A stretch of DNA of 64,000 bases from Gonapodya sp. JEL0774 (taxonomy: Eukaryota): NCBI GenBank assembly GCA_027604505.1, contig JADIIX010000056.1, positions 62,001 through 126,000 on the forward strand, given 5' to 3'. The notes under the pieces were generated by a model, which saw only the letters and a list, made by a program, of their open reading frames with translations, was not told where the DNA came from and searched no databases. The translations under genes and the position numbers were made by a program. This document shows, piece after piece, positions 1 through 11,871 of this stretch (position 1 is the stretch's first letter; every line of letters begins with the position of its first letter).

Positions 1-3000
1 TGAGCAGCTCCGAGCCAGATGCAATTTGTTACATTGAGACCAGTAATCTGGATGGGTAAGTCGGTGATGGAAGCTCGGTTGTTGAAGACTCTAAATGAGT
101 CCGCTACAGGGAAACGAACTTGAAGGTGAAGCAAGGTATCCCACAGACTTCGGAAATCATGACCCCGGACCAAGCCGCTGGTTTGACAGGCGAGTCTCCC
201 ACTCGGTTTATTTGGCGAAGGACAACACCTTTTGCGATGTCGTGCGACCCACCTCACCCTACTCTTACTCAAGGCTACATTCGATCTGAACCTCCGAACA
301 ACAGTCTCTACACCTACAGTGGATTGTTGAACTTGGCTGGCCGGGACTATCCCCTTGACCCAACTCAGCTCTTACTCCGCGGGGCTCAACTTCGTAACAC
401 CCCCTGGATATACGCAATCGTTGTGAACACAGGTCATGAGACGAAATTAATGCGGAATGCTACGTGAGTACCATGCCGCTCTGCCCAGAGGTGTTGACAT
501 GGATGCCAACCCGATCCCATTTGCAGTGCGACTCCCATCAAACGAACTGCTGTGGAGCGCATGACAAACAGACAAATTTTGATTTTGTTTGGTCTTCTCA
601 TGTTGATGTCGCTTGTTTGCTCGGTTGGAACCCTTGTTCGGACAGTGAGTGAACATGAAAGGTGTCTCGGAAAGGGGGAAGGGGCTCTTACAACGATCTG
701 GAATAAACAGCTGAACGCCCCGTTTGAGCAAAATATAATTAATGTGAATGACATTGGCGTCCCTGTCCAGGACGTCTCTGAGGCACTGAAGCGATTTGGA
801 CTCAACATTATGACCTTCGTTATCCTGTTCAACAATTTGATTCCAATCAGGTGAGAACAGTTTTACCATTCCTTGTTTGTGATCTGAGACATGTGTTCTT
901 GGTGAACAATTAGTTTGGTTATGACTATGGAGGTCGTGAAGTACTTTCACGCAATGCTGATTGGCGCTGATTTGGACATGTACTACGCAGAAGCTGATAG
1001 TCCTGCAGTGGCTCGCATGTCGTCTCTTGTGGAAGAGCTCGGTCAGATTGAGTACATTTTTTCGGACAAAACTGGTACCCTTACTTGCAACAAGATGGAG
1101 TTCCGCATGTCCTCAATCGCCGGGAAAGCTTACGCGGATGTAGTTCCCGAAGACAAGAGAGTCCGCATTGATGAACGCGGAGTTGAATCTGTCCGTTCTT
1201 GCTATTGACTGTGTCAGTTGTCGAGTGAACACTTATTGACCTTCATTTTCAGGGATACCACACATTTCAACGTTTGCTAGAAAGCGCAAAGGGTGCCGAT
1301 TCAACGGGAAGCGTTATTCGCGAGTTTTTAACTCTCCTTTCTGTTTGCCACACCGTTATCCCGGAAGTTCAGGACGATGGAAGCCTTGTGTATCAAGCCA
1401 GTTCCCCAGATGAAGGAGCGCTGGTGAAGGGCGCAGCGGAACTTGGATATAGATTTGTTGTACGTAAAGTTAAAAGTGCGTTCAATGTCCGCGGGATCTT
1501 GACTTTGTTAATTTTGATTTGTAGGTTCGGCGACCGAGGTCTGTCACCGTCGCGGTGAACGGGGCCAATCTCGAATTCGAGGTTCTGTCCATTTGTGAGT
1601 TCAACAGCACGCGGAAGAGAATGAGCGCTGTCGTTCGAGGTCCTGACGGTGAGTACGGCCCACAAGAGACACACTGCAGCTTTACTTGCTTCATGTATAC
1701 TTCGCCTCAAGGTAAAATCAAGTTGTTTACAAAGGGAGCAGACACTGTGATCCTTGAAAGGTTGCGGCAGAACAATCCTTATGTTGAGCCAACTTTAGCG
1801 CACCTCGAGGAATACGCGAACGAAGGACTGAGGACACTCTGCCTTGCCATGCGCGAAATTCCGGAAGAGGAATACAACCGTTGGAGCAAGATTCACGAGA
1901 AAGCAAGCACTCTGCTTGTCAACCGACAAGAAGAGGTGAGCATGCTCAACTACAGCGATTGTCAAAAAATCGCATTTCTGGAATATGGCTTCTGAAACAT
2001 ACTACAGCTCGATAAAGTGGCGGAAATGATTGAAAAGGACCTTGTATTGTTGGGAGCAACGGCAATTGAGGATAAGCTCCAAGATGATGTCCCGGATACA
2101 ATCCACACATTACAGCAGGTGAGATGACCTCATTGGACAGTTTGAAAGCGTTTCGATTATCGTGATTCTGTTTCAGGCCGGAATTAAAGTTTGGGTTCTC
2201 ACCGGAGATCGTCAAGAAACTGCTATCAACATCGGCTACTCCTGCAAGCTTTTAAATGAGGAAATGTCGCTAATGGTCTGCAATGAATCAAATGAGGAGA
2301 AAACGAGGAGCTTTCTGGAGAAACAGCTCATCGCCATCAAGAACCGAGGAGGAGGGGGTTTCGGGAACACCGTCAACCCTCCCAAACCACCCTTCTCCAC
2401 ACGAGTGAAAGATTTTCTACTAAATAATCAAAATTTGGAGAGTAACGCAGATCTTGAGGTGAATCGAACCTGAATGAGCAGATGTTTGTGTCATATTTGA
2501 ATAACTTTTTTTCCGCAGCCTCTAGCACTCATTATTGATGGCCGAACACTCGATTTCGCACTCAACAAAGAATGTGAACTGGCGTTTCTCGAACTTGCTT
2601 GCCTATGCAAAGCCGTCATTTGCTGTCGCGTAAGCCCTTTACAAAAAGCCCTGGTCGTGAAACTTGTGAAGAAACACAAAGAGGCCATTTTGTTGGCCAT
2701 TGGTGATGGGGCGAATGACGTTTCCATGATCCAGGCAGCGCACGTTGGTAAGTATTGCAGTAGCAATTTGCAATATCGTCGGAAGAAACTGTCCAGAACT
2801 GAAGTATTGAAACAGGGGTTGGAATCAGCGGACAGGAAGGGCTGCAAGCTGCTCGGGCAGCTGATTTTTCCTTGGGCCAGTTTCGATATCTCCGCAAGCT
2901 ATTGCTTGTGCACGGGTCATGGTCCTATACCCGACTATCCAAGCTAATTTTATACTCTTTCTACAAGAACATTACTCTTTATATGATGCAATTTTGGGTG

Positions 3001-4174
3001 GATACTGAATTTGAATCGCCCGAGATTTTGTTTGACATCTGACCTCCTCAACAGTTCGCACTAGACAATGGTTTTTCCGGACAGACTCTCTTTGAAAGTT
3101 GGATTTTATCAGCGTACAATGTTATCATCACGGTGTTTGCGCCGATTATTATCGGTGTGTTTGACCAGTACCTCAATGCGAGAATGCTGGACAAGTATCC
3201 CCAATTGTATCTCACCGGACAGAGGGGACAATTTGTGAGTGTGACTGTGTTGTGCGACAAGCGATCGATTGACACTTTGGTTTCCTGTCAGTTCAATGTC
3301 CGAATATTTTGGGGATGGACATTCAACGCTATATTCCACTCTCTCGTAAGGAGTCAATTCTTCTTGCCATCATTCAAATGCTCAGTAAATTTCTTTAACC
3401 CACCAGCTTTTGTATTACGGAACCGCCGCGATTTGGGGTGAATCCGTAATAAGTAGCACTGGTCGGGTTGGAAGCATCTGGCTGTTTGGGTCTGGAGTAG
3501 CTTACGTGTCTGAGATATTTGCCGTCAATTTGAAAGCCGCACTTGTTACTGAGTGGGTGGTTTTGTCGGCAGTTCTTGTTTTCTGTCTAATCCGATCTCA
3601 ATTTTTAGTCTTTGGACGCAGTTTGCTGCGATGGCATATTTCGGAGCGATGGTCTTTTGGCTCGGTGCTTATCCACTCTATGTGGTCGTTGTTCCACCGA
3701 CAGGGATGTCTGAGGAGCTTTTGGGAACAGCAGAGCCGCTGTACACGTCCGCTGTGTTTTGGTGGACAATCATATTGCTTCCCGTCGTGGTTTTGCTTCG
3801 TGACTTCGCTTGGAAGTTGTGAGTTTGAGCCCTTCGAATTCACACAAGTAGAGCGACCTCCAAACATTTTTCTCACAGCTACAAACGAACATGGCATCCA
3901 GAATCATACCATATCATTCAAGAAATTCAGAAGTACAATATTCCGGATTACCGGCCCCGTATGGAGTGGTTTAGAAAAGCAGTACACAAGGTTCGAATGA
4001 TACAGCGCATGAAGCGAAATCGGGGCTATGCATTCTCTCAAAATGAAACTGGTACAGCTAATCTTGTCAGGTTGGTGTTATGGTGTTTGCTGTCTTCTTC
4101 AAACCGTCGTGACGAAATTTGTTCCACCCATCGTCAGAAAATACGATACCACTTTACGAAAGCCACGTGGCTGA
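1..4174 (+). CDS. DRS2: P4-type ATPase phospholipid flippase (DRS2/ATP8A family), multi-exon, 5' end outside window
   Basis: Spliced exons give [34 protein letters not shown] (phosphorylation site), [49 protein letters not shown] and a C-terminal RGYAFSQ autoinhibitory-type motif. The last exon ends [12 protein letters not shown] at 4174. Confidence 0.95.
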
Positions 4175-5430
4175 GTCCCCGGTGGTGGTTGTGAGAGCTA
4201 GATGTATTGTCTTTTCTGGAATAACTGTAATCATTGCAACAAGAGGTGTCCATTTCCATTCCCCCACTAATGATTCGGTTTCGAGAATATCCGTTTCGCA
4301 ATGCATGCAGCATGCTGGTGCGAGGCCGGTGATTGGGCACGCGCCAAAATCCTTTGCCTCCCTCCCTACTTTCATTCAGCCACAGAAGACAACTGGCAGT
4401 CCCGTCACTCAAAGATACAAGAGCCGGTATGGACGCGATGTCGCGCACTCCGAAGTGGAAGCACACGCATGACATGAAAGCGTGTTGCATTTACCAACAG
4501 CTCAGCAGTTTTTATGAGTAACTTACCACCAGAACAGCAGTACCATCAGCCACCGTGTTGCATTGAGAAAAATTCAACTGTTGTGCAGGACTTCGGAGGT
4601 GTTGATTTTGAGTGTTCAAGGCGAAGTATCCAACAAATAAGCCACTAATAGCTAATTATTGTTAAGACAAGTAGACTAGGAGAAACTACAGCCTGTCTCT
4701 AGAAACCTGTAAGCAACTTTGAGAGGAGCATGCTGTCCCGTTAACTGGGAAACGGCAGGTCCCGGTCTTCCATTCAACCACATGTGGTTCAGTGAAGTGA
4801 TAATAGTCCATGCAAATGCCTTGTAGCTGTCCATTATTCCGTAATAAAAGTGCAAAAAGACGCTTGGAGAAGAGGGGAACCTCTCTCGGCGTACTTTCAT
4901 TAGTAGAACTTACCCGTGGTTTGTCGCCATATCCGGGATGTGCCGGGATGTGCCTGGAGCATATCCAGGAGGGCTATTGCGAGTCCGAGACAGGATCTAA
5001 GACAATCCAGCCGGAGGGTTGTTGTAGCCGTAATCCGGCATATAAGGGAAAGGTTAGTTTCCAGGGAGACAGGGAGCAGCTCCGTCTTGAGACATGGCCG
5101 ACCTCCTGTAGCGGGGCTGACACTGGTGATAGTGGGAAGGGAAGGAGAAGATGTGGGGTATGATTGTATATTCATAACCATCCGTCTATAGATTTTTGGA
5201 AAACGCCCCAGGCGCGACCGTCCTTCAATACCACCCCCCATTTCTGTTGGCCACAGACGGGTAAAACTTCAGCCTCACCCGCTTTTCATACGATCAACTA
5301 TTTCAGCATATGATTTACGACATGTTTCAATACAATGTAGGGAAAATGAATTCACCTCTTCTGGTGTTAAATCTCTCAACCCCGCCTCTATTGCCGCGAG
5401 GAGTTCCCTTTCTGTCCGAGGGCAAGCGGG

Positions 5431-6120
5431 TCAAACATAGCACCTCTTAATAATGCTGACTGCAAGTTCCACGGGATTCAAAACGGGGCAATATGGTACT
5501 ATATGGCACAGATTGACATTGGCAACCTGCCCCGTCTCAACAATTGTAGGCACACCGTTCTTGTAACATGCAGTGGTTGCCTTATGGCAACGTGCATTAT
5601 CTAGAACCTGCTCCAATTCCCTCCTGCAAAAACCCTTTAAAGTTAAAAGCGTTAGCATAGCCTTTAACCAGAGACCACAAGACAACTGGTGAGGGTGGAG
5701 TCGATATGGTGTCATCTCCCATTATGAAGCAATGCAAAAGTTCAGGTGTGCTGTCTGTTACTTGAGTCCTTGTGCAAGGCACCCTTCCATCTGTAGTATA
5801 GGTCACACCATCAAAGATTGACCCAGTTCCAAACATTGGGCTCTCTAAAACGTCACAAGTACGTTGCTGATGTGCGGGGGTTTCAGAGTAGCTAAGGCAG
5901 AGCACAAGTGAAAAGTCTTCTTTGCCCTTGGACTTGGGTTTCAGAAACAGAGTTGGTTCTCCCTTTTCGGAATAGCCGATCTTTTCGTACAATACACCTC
6001 GATCTCATTAGTCATTCACTCTCCCAGTTGCCTCAGAAGCAACATATGAGAGCTTCTTCCTGGTGATGTCCTTGCACCTGAGTATGTTGCTGATACTCTG
6101 CTGAGTAATTGTCAATCCCA
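5431..6120 (-). mobile_element. Degenerate IS630/Tc1-mariner (DDE_3) transposase remnant
   Basis: Minus strand reads LTITQQSISNILRCKDITRKKLSYVASE (HTH-like), then stops, then GYSEKGE. After a frameshift it reads VLDNARCHK...HIVPYCPVLNPVELAVSIIKR, matching the DNA.xH and PYSPxLNPIE motifs. No TIRs identified. Confidence 0.85.
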
Positions 6121-6157
6121 AAAGAGTCGGAAACCCATCAAGCTTCATTGAAAATGA

Positions 6158-6832
6158 TCAGCCATCATTCACTGGCAAATCTGAAGCTCCAAGTCCGTCG
6201 CACACTTCCTTGCTCGGCATTGTGGCCTTCGATTTGGTGAGTTGCGAACATCTGGCGATGTGATCCATCGGCTTTGATTCGTTCCTTATTATCGAGGTGA
6301 GGCGGACCCTCCGGCCGTGATCGCACACTGGCGTGCGCATTGGGACAGCATCAGATTGTCCAGGCACGAGTGTCGTCCTGCGATTGGAAATACGTTTGTT
6401 TGCAAGTAGTGGGTTCAGTGATTGTTCGATGTTTGGGAGAGTTGGTTGCACATCTCACGAAAGAGCTGTGGTTGCGCCCGGTCCACACCGACAACAGACG
6501 TTTGCACCCACAGCCACCGACACCTTAAAACATATTTACTGGCATTGCTTGACCAACGACATGAAGGTAGACGTTTACACGCTCTCTAATTCCTTCACCG
6601 TCTGGTGCAAATCTGACCACAGGGCGAATTCCTCCAAATATTGATGAACGGCAGGAAAAGGGGGCTCCAAAAGATTGAAAAGAGCTGGAATTCCTTTATG
6701 TAATAGAAATCGTGAATCTCTCGAGTTAGAGACTTGCAACCTTGCGTCTTGGACTGTGTTATTGGCGTGAAGGAAGAACGGATCCGATCCCCGGTCACAT
6801 CTAGATGTTGTAATGGTCGGTTTCACCGGCAT
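6158..6832 (-). CDS. Possible hypothetical multi-exon protein, divergent from NC2alpha
   Basis: GT..AG introns can join ORFs 6575..6838 and 6158..6451 in phase through a short middle exon. No recognisable motif. Confidence 0.25.
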
Positions 6833-7004
6833 GCGCACTCACACAAAAAAATTGTCCGTGATCTCCCACTTACTATTAGCTTTGTTTCTTAGTTCAGCAA
6901 GTCCAGAGCGCTCCAGACCTCTCCAGATTGCACTAGACCGTTTGTGATACTCTGGGCCTCGAGGTTAAGACGAGCCTCCCCTCACTTCCAGATTTCAACC
7001 CCAA

Positions 7005-7691
7005 ATGCCCAAAGCTGCCAAGAAAACGTAAGACTACCATCATTTTGGGCTTCATCGAAGAGAACAGAGATGACACATCTCTCTCTCCCACACAATCTCC
7101 TTGTTGCAAGTGGCAATTTTAAAACGCGGTTCCCCGCGGCGAGGTGAGCCCATTCTGGCATCTTGTGAACGATAAACCCACTGAGATAGCCAGTCACTTA
7201 TAGAATTAAGAAGATTATGCGGGTGGACGATGACGTTGGAAAGGTTGCTGCCACCACTCCCATTCTGATATGTGAGTCTTTCCACATGGGACTGTTCAGA
7301 AAGCCCCATCACACTACGGCCGGCCATTACTCTAGCGAAAGCAGTAGAGCTCTTCCTTCAATCTTTGATTGATGAGACATGCAGAGAAACTCGAAATGCA
7401 CATTCAAAGAAAGTGTCAGTTGCCCACATGTAGGTTCTCGCAGATCTTTTCTCTGATTGCTTCATGTGACGGATTTATTGACTTTAGAAAAGAAGTCGTA
7501 GAGTCGAACCAAAGTTTGTAATTATGCGTCTCCAATTTCCTCTTCAATTTTTACCCTGCTCTCTCATTGGTGAACAAACAGGCTTTGACTTTCTGCGGGA
7601 CAAAATTCGCACTCTACCGCAATCTGATTTGAACCCAGAAAGCGAGGCGCTGTCTCCAGTCAAAACGATGAAGAAGGAACGCGACCAATAG
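7005..7691 (+). CDS. BUR6: Negative cofactor 2 alpha subunit (DRAP1/Bur6), histone-fold, 6 exons
   Basis: Manual splicing gives MPKAAKKTGNFKTRFPAARIKKIMRVDDDVGKVAATTPILISKAVELFLQSLIDETCRETRNAHSKKVSVAHIKEVVESNQSFDFLRDKI...; RFPxARIKKIMQxDxDVGKVA is the NC2alpha signature. Confidence 0.93.
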
Positions 7692-8335
7692 ACATTGACT
7701 GCGAAGAATCTATACCAGCATATACCCTATATAGGAAGGGAGCCATCCAATAAATTACATCATCTGAGCGTCGCAGCATGAGCATATATGTACACAGAAT
7801 TATTTCCACTGAACTAAAGCTATCACCAACTTCTCCCAAAACCCTCTCCACATCGATTTTAGATTGAATTCTCTTTTTTCACGGCTGCATATGCGACCGT
7901 CACCGTCATGGAGGTGTATCAGCCCACTGGCTCTTCTGCGCTCCGGCCAAACGCCGGCGTTACATAAGTCGCATCCAAGTTCCAGATAGTCTTCGAGAGA
8001 TGATTGAACAACGTCTACAGACAGTTTTGCACGATGGACAATGAATTTTTCGTTTGAAATTGGAAATGAAACAGAGGTTGCTGTGGGTGGCGAGGTATAA
8101 TAAATTTAGCTGTGGGTGTTGATGGCACGGCTGTTCCAATGAATTGTCGAATTTGTCCGTATTTTGCACCAATCCAAAAACGGCCGCTCTCTTCCGTCCT
8201 TTCACTGTGCCCGCCAATCGATTTGCAGCTACGTCATTGTTTCACCTTGCAATCCGTTTAGTCTCATCCGTATCATCAGACTGCAGCACGGGGATCCCTG
8301 AACATCACCTCACATCTCTCAGTCTGCGAACGACG

Positions 8336-10231
8336 ATGACAGACGCTGGAGACTCGATCTCGAATGGACAGCCATTGGGAGACGTACTGAAAGTACCGTC
8401 TAAGGCGAGCATTAGGAAAGCGGAGAAAGCTGCTGCTAAGAAGGAGAAGAAGGCAGCCAAATCGGAAGAAAAGTCAGGGCCAGGCATATCGAATGACCCG
8501 GAGCCCGCAGCCGTAGATTCTAAAGCCTTTAACTTGAAAACAGCAAAGGTATGTGAGCAGGCAAACTGTCATACCCAATGCCGTTTTCTGACAGCCCGAC
8601 CTCCAGGGAACACGTGACTTTAATGACAAGGAAATGGCCATTCGCGATAAAATCTTCTCTACTATCACTACTGTTTTCAAGCGTCACGGTGCAGTTACCA
8701 TTGATACCCCGGTGTTCGAGTTGAAGGAAATTCTCTCGGGGAAGTACGGGGAGGACTCAAAGCTGATATATGACCTCGAAGATCAAGGAGGGGAACTTAC
8801 TTCATTGAGATACGATCTGACTGTCCCATTCGCACGGTTTCTTGCCATGAATGGACAGAAGTACCAGAACATTAAGAGATACCACATTGCGAAGGTCTAC
8901 AGGCGGGATAACCCGAGCATTACCAAGGGCCGAATGAGAGAGTTTTATCAATGCGTTAGTGCTGGTGCTGTTATCAAGACATGATCGCGTCGTTCACACC
9001 AAGGTGCTACAAATTTCAGGACTTCGACATTGCTGGCACCTATGATCCAATGCTTCCGGACGCTGAAGTCTTGAGAGTGACGGTGGAAGCACTGAGTTCG
9101 CTCAATATTGGCTCGTTCACCATAAAGCTAAATCACCGAAAAATTCTGGATGGAATGTTTGAGGCCTGTGGTGTCCCTCTGGATAAATTTAGACCAATCA
9201 GCAGCGCAGTTGATAAACTTGACAAGGTGGGCATCCCATCTCAGTTGATATCCTGCGGATGTGTTCTAATTATCTTAGAATGGTGTTAGTCACCGTGGTC
9301 GGAAGTCCGCCGCGAAATGGTGGAAGAGAAGGGACTTGACCCTGCTGTTGCGGATCGCATTGAGAAATACGTTGGCCTCAGTGGCGGATCGGACGTTCTT
9401 GAGAAACTTGAGGCTAATGCTGAGTTCATGGCGAGCGAGCGATCAAGACAGGGCGTCGAGGAGATGAAACTGCTGTTGCGATATTTGGGTCATATGGGTG
9501 TCCTAGAAACGGTTTGTTGGATTCTATTAATTCACCTTCCAATGTGGATTTGAATTCCAACCCGTATCCCGGATGCTCAGATTATTTTCGACCTGTCTCT
9601 TGCCCGTGGTCTCGATTACTACACGGGGCCGATTTACGAAGCAGTTTTCAACAATCCTTCCGACGGTGCAGATCACGATGGTGAACTAGTTGGTGTCGGT
9701 TCCATTGCTGCTGGCGGGCGATACGATGACCTGGTCGGAATGTTTTCGGGAGGTCGCCAAATACCATGCGTCGGGGTATCGCTTGGAATTGAGCGGATTT
9801 TCAGCATTCTCATGCGCAAAACGAAACTAGAGGAGATTAAGAGCAACGAAGTGGAAGTGTACGTTATCGGACTGGGCGATGGTGTGCTGGAGGAGAGAAT
9901 AAAGATTGCGCGAGAGCTTTGGGACGCAGGAATCAAGGTGATTGACGTTGAAATCCTGCTTTCCCCTTATCTTCGACGATGCATTTTGGAACTTCGTCTA
10001 TTTGTTCGCCAGGCGGAATTTGCGTATAAAGTGAAGCCACGATTCCAAAGCGAACTAGATATCTGTGATAAGGATCAAATACCGTTTTCAGTTCTCATTG
10101 GTCCTGCTGAGGTTCGAGAAGGCAAAGTTAAGATCAAGGACATGAAAGATAAGTCTGAAGAGACAAAGGCGGGCGTGGTGATCCCGAGAGGCGACTTGAT
10201 AGAAGAGATAAGAAGGAGACTCGGACGATGA
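8336..10231 (+). CDS. HTS1: Histidyl-tRNA synthetase (multi-exon; possible upstream ACG start at 8180)
   Basis: [93 protein letters not shown] and a C-terminal anticodon-binding domain. Confidence 0.97.
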
Positions 10232-10379
10232 TTTTTGTACACATGGAAAGGCCATGTGTTATTACATAAAACATTATACGAAACCTAAGTCGTGCCCTCG
10301 CAGCGGTAGCACGGACTAAGATTTTTTTGCTCAGAATTGATAAAGGATCAGTGTCAGTGTGGGGTAAAATGTGAAAGAT

Positions 10380-11175
10380 AAGATGTATTGTATAGAGGAA
10401 ACAAAGCAAGATCTGTTTCTAGTAACAACAATTTCCGCTGCTGTAGTCAAGATTGGTAGTTGTTGGCATCCAATCACTTCAGATGGTCCTCAGAAAAGTC
10501 CATTTACTCAAGAATACCTCCGACAAATTTCATTTTGTACAATGTCTTTGTAACAACCAGAGCAAGTTCTGAGTAACCGACCATAACCTTGCATGTGTAC
10601 GCTCCAGTCTTTTGTTGGCATTGAACTGGTACGTGACCCAGGGATAAATCCGTGCCCCTCAAGTACCCATCCATTCAAATCTCCAGCAGCTGGATGATCT
10701 TCGTAGCTCCAGAATTTTCAAGGCTTCACTTGGTGTGATTCGTGGAGAGAGAGAGCACTACGAACAGGTTTCCAATGAGGCCCTCCCACTTCAATGTCTG
10801 TATCATCAGCGCCTTGAGCAAACAGTTGTCCACACACGGCGCACGTTTCTTTTGATTTCGTTATATTACGAATAAGAGAATTGAATTGATTCAAGTGGAA
10901 TTGCTGATGTTCAGATATGTTCGCGGGCAGCGAACAACTTCAAAATGAACGGATACACTGACAATCGCGGGCACAAAGCACTCACTGTAAATGTCACCCT
11001 CTCTGTTAATTATAGCCGTCTCACTTCCTCTGGTGGCCCTATCCAATCCGTCAGGTCGCGATGGGTACGACGAGTGGGTGCGCTCTTCCGGAAGCGGTTG
11101 CGTCCGATTGTTCGTTTTGTTCTTTTTGTTCGCTGGTCTCGCTGTCGCCAGTTGTCGTTTCCGCTTGCGACCCAT
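10380..11175 (-). mobile_element. Degenerate Helitron/Helentron-associated N-terminal fragment (DUF6570-like), pseudogene
   Basis: One minus frame (~10920-10380) reads ETCAVCGQLF...LNGWVLEGHG...RTCSGCYKDIVQNEICRRYS*VNGLF*G...LPILTTAAEIVVTRNR. This resembles the CxxC...CxxC...S(L)xNG.+.G...L..LT..EE..+AR pattern upstream of Helitron Rep/PIF1. It has three in-frame TGA. A basic NLS-like ORF (MGRKRKR...) lies upstream. Confidence 0.65.
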
Positions 11176-11871
11176 CAGTCTGTCAAGAAGTGTGCAGATA
11201 ACTTATTGTGTTGGTTTGTGTTCCCATAAGTACTTGTCAATAAATTGTGCGAAGGCGACCATCGTTTCTTAAGAACAAGGACTTATGGTCCTAAAAGCCC
11301 GTACAATTCGATGCGAAATTGCCTCAAATCGATGCTCGAACTTACAGAGGGGAGCTGCAGGCGCTGGGAGTGGCCAGCGAACCTTTGGGAGCAAAACGTA
11401 GTAACGTCGTTTCCCGACATAGAATCAGCTCTGTCGCCCACGAGTGCCGGGGCAATTTGAAAGATGCTTATGTGACGATTCATATTGCTATGTCATTTGA
11501 TAGTCTACAGTGGCTAGACAAGAGAACGACGACGAAAACCTCGATTAGAGGCCGGCTAAACCGTTTGATCCGAAGAATGGTCCATGGGGAATTGCTCATT
11601 CTGAGCAAAATACATAAGAGAGGAGACCACCATTCTGCACGCGATGGAGACTCACGGAAGGGTCGACGAAATCGATATTCTTGCAGACATATTCGATGTG
11701 CGTCTCTAAGAAACTCTCTTGTCACCTTGAATCGGCAACATAACTTGAGTATCATTTTGTTGGGGTGTGTCACAGCAAAACAACACAGGGGAAGATGAGC
11801 AGACTGACGAGGTGAGCTCGGATGCCTCAAGGTGCGATAAATCTTCTAGCTAGACGGTCAGGGTTTCTCAC

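Noticed and set aside
4500..5400. Short ORFs next to the IS630 remnant, and a CAGT possible TIR start near 4538
   Set aside because: No matching inverted end or recognisable protein motif was found.
7875..7912. SECIS-like ATGA...TGA hairpin on the minus strand
   Set aside because: Helix II is too short, there is no apical AA, and no upstream selenoprotein-like ORF was found.
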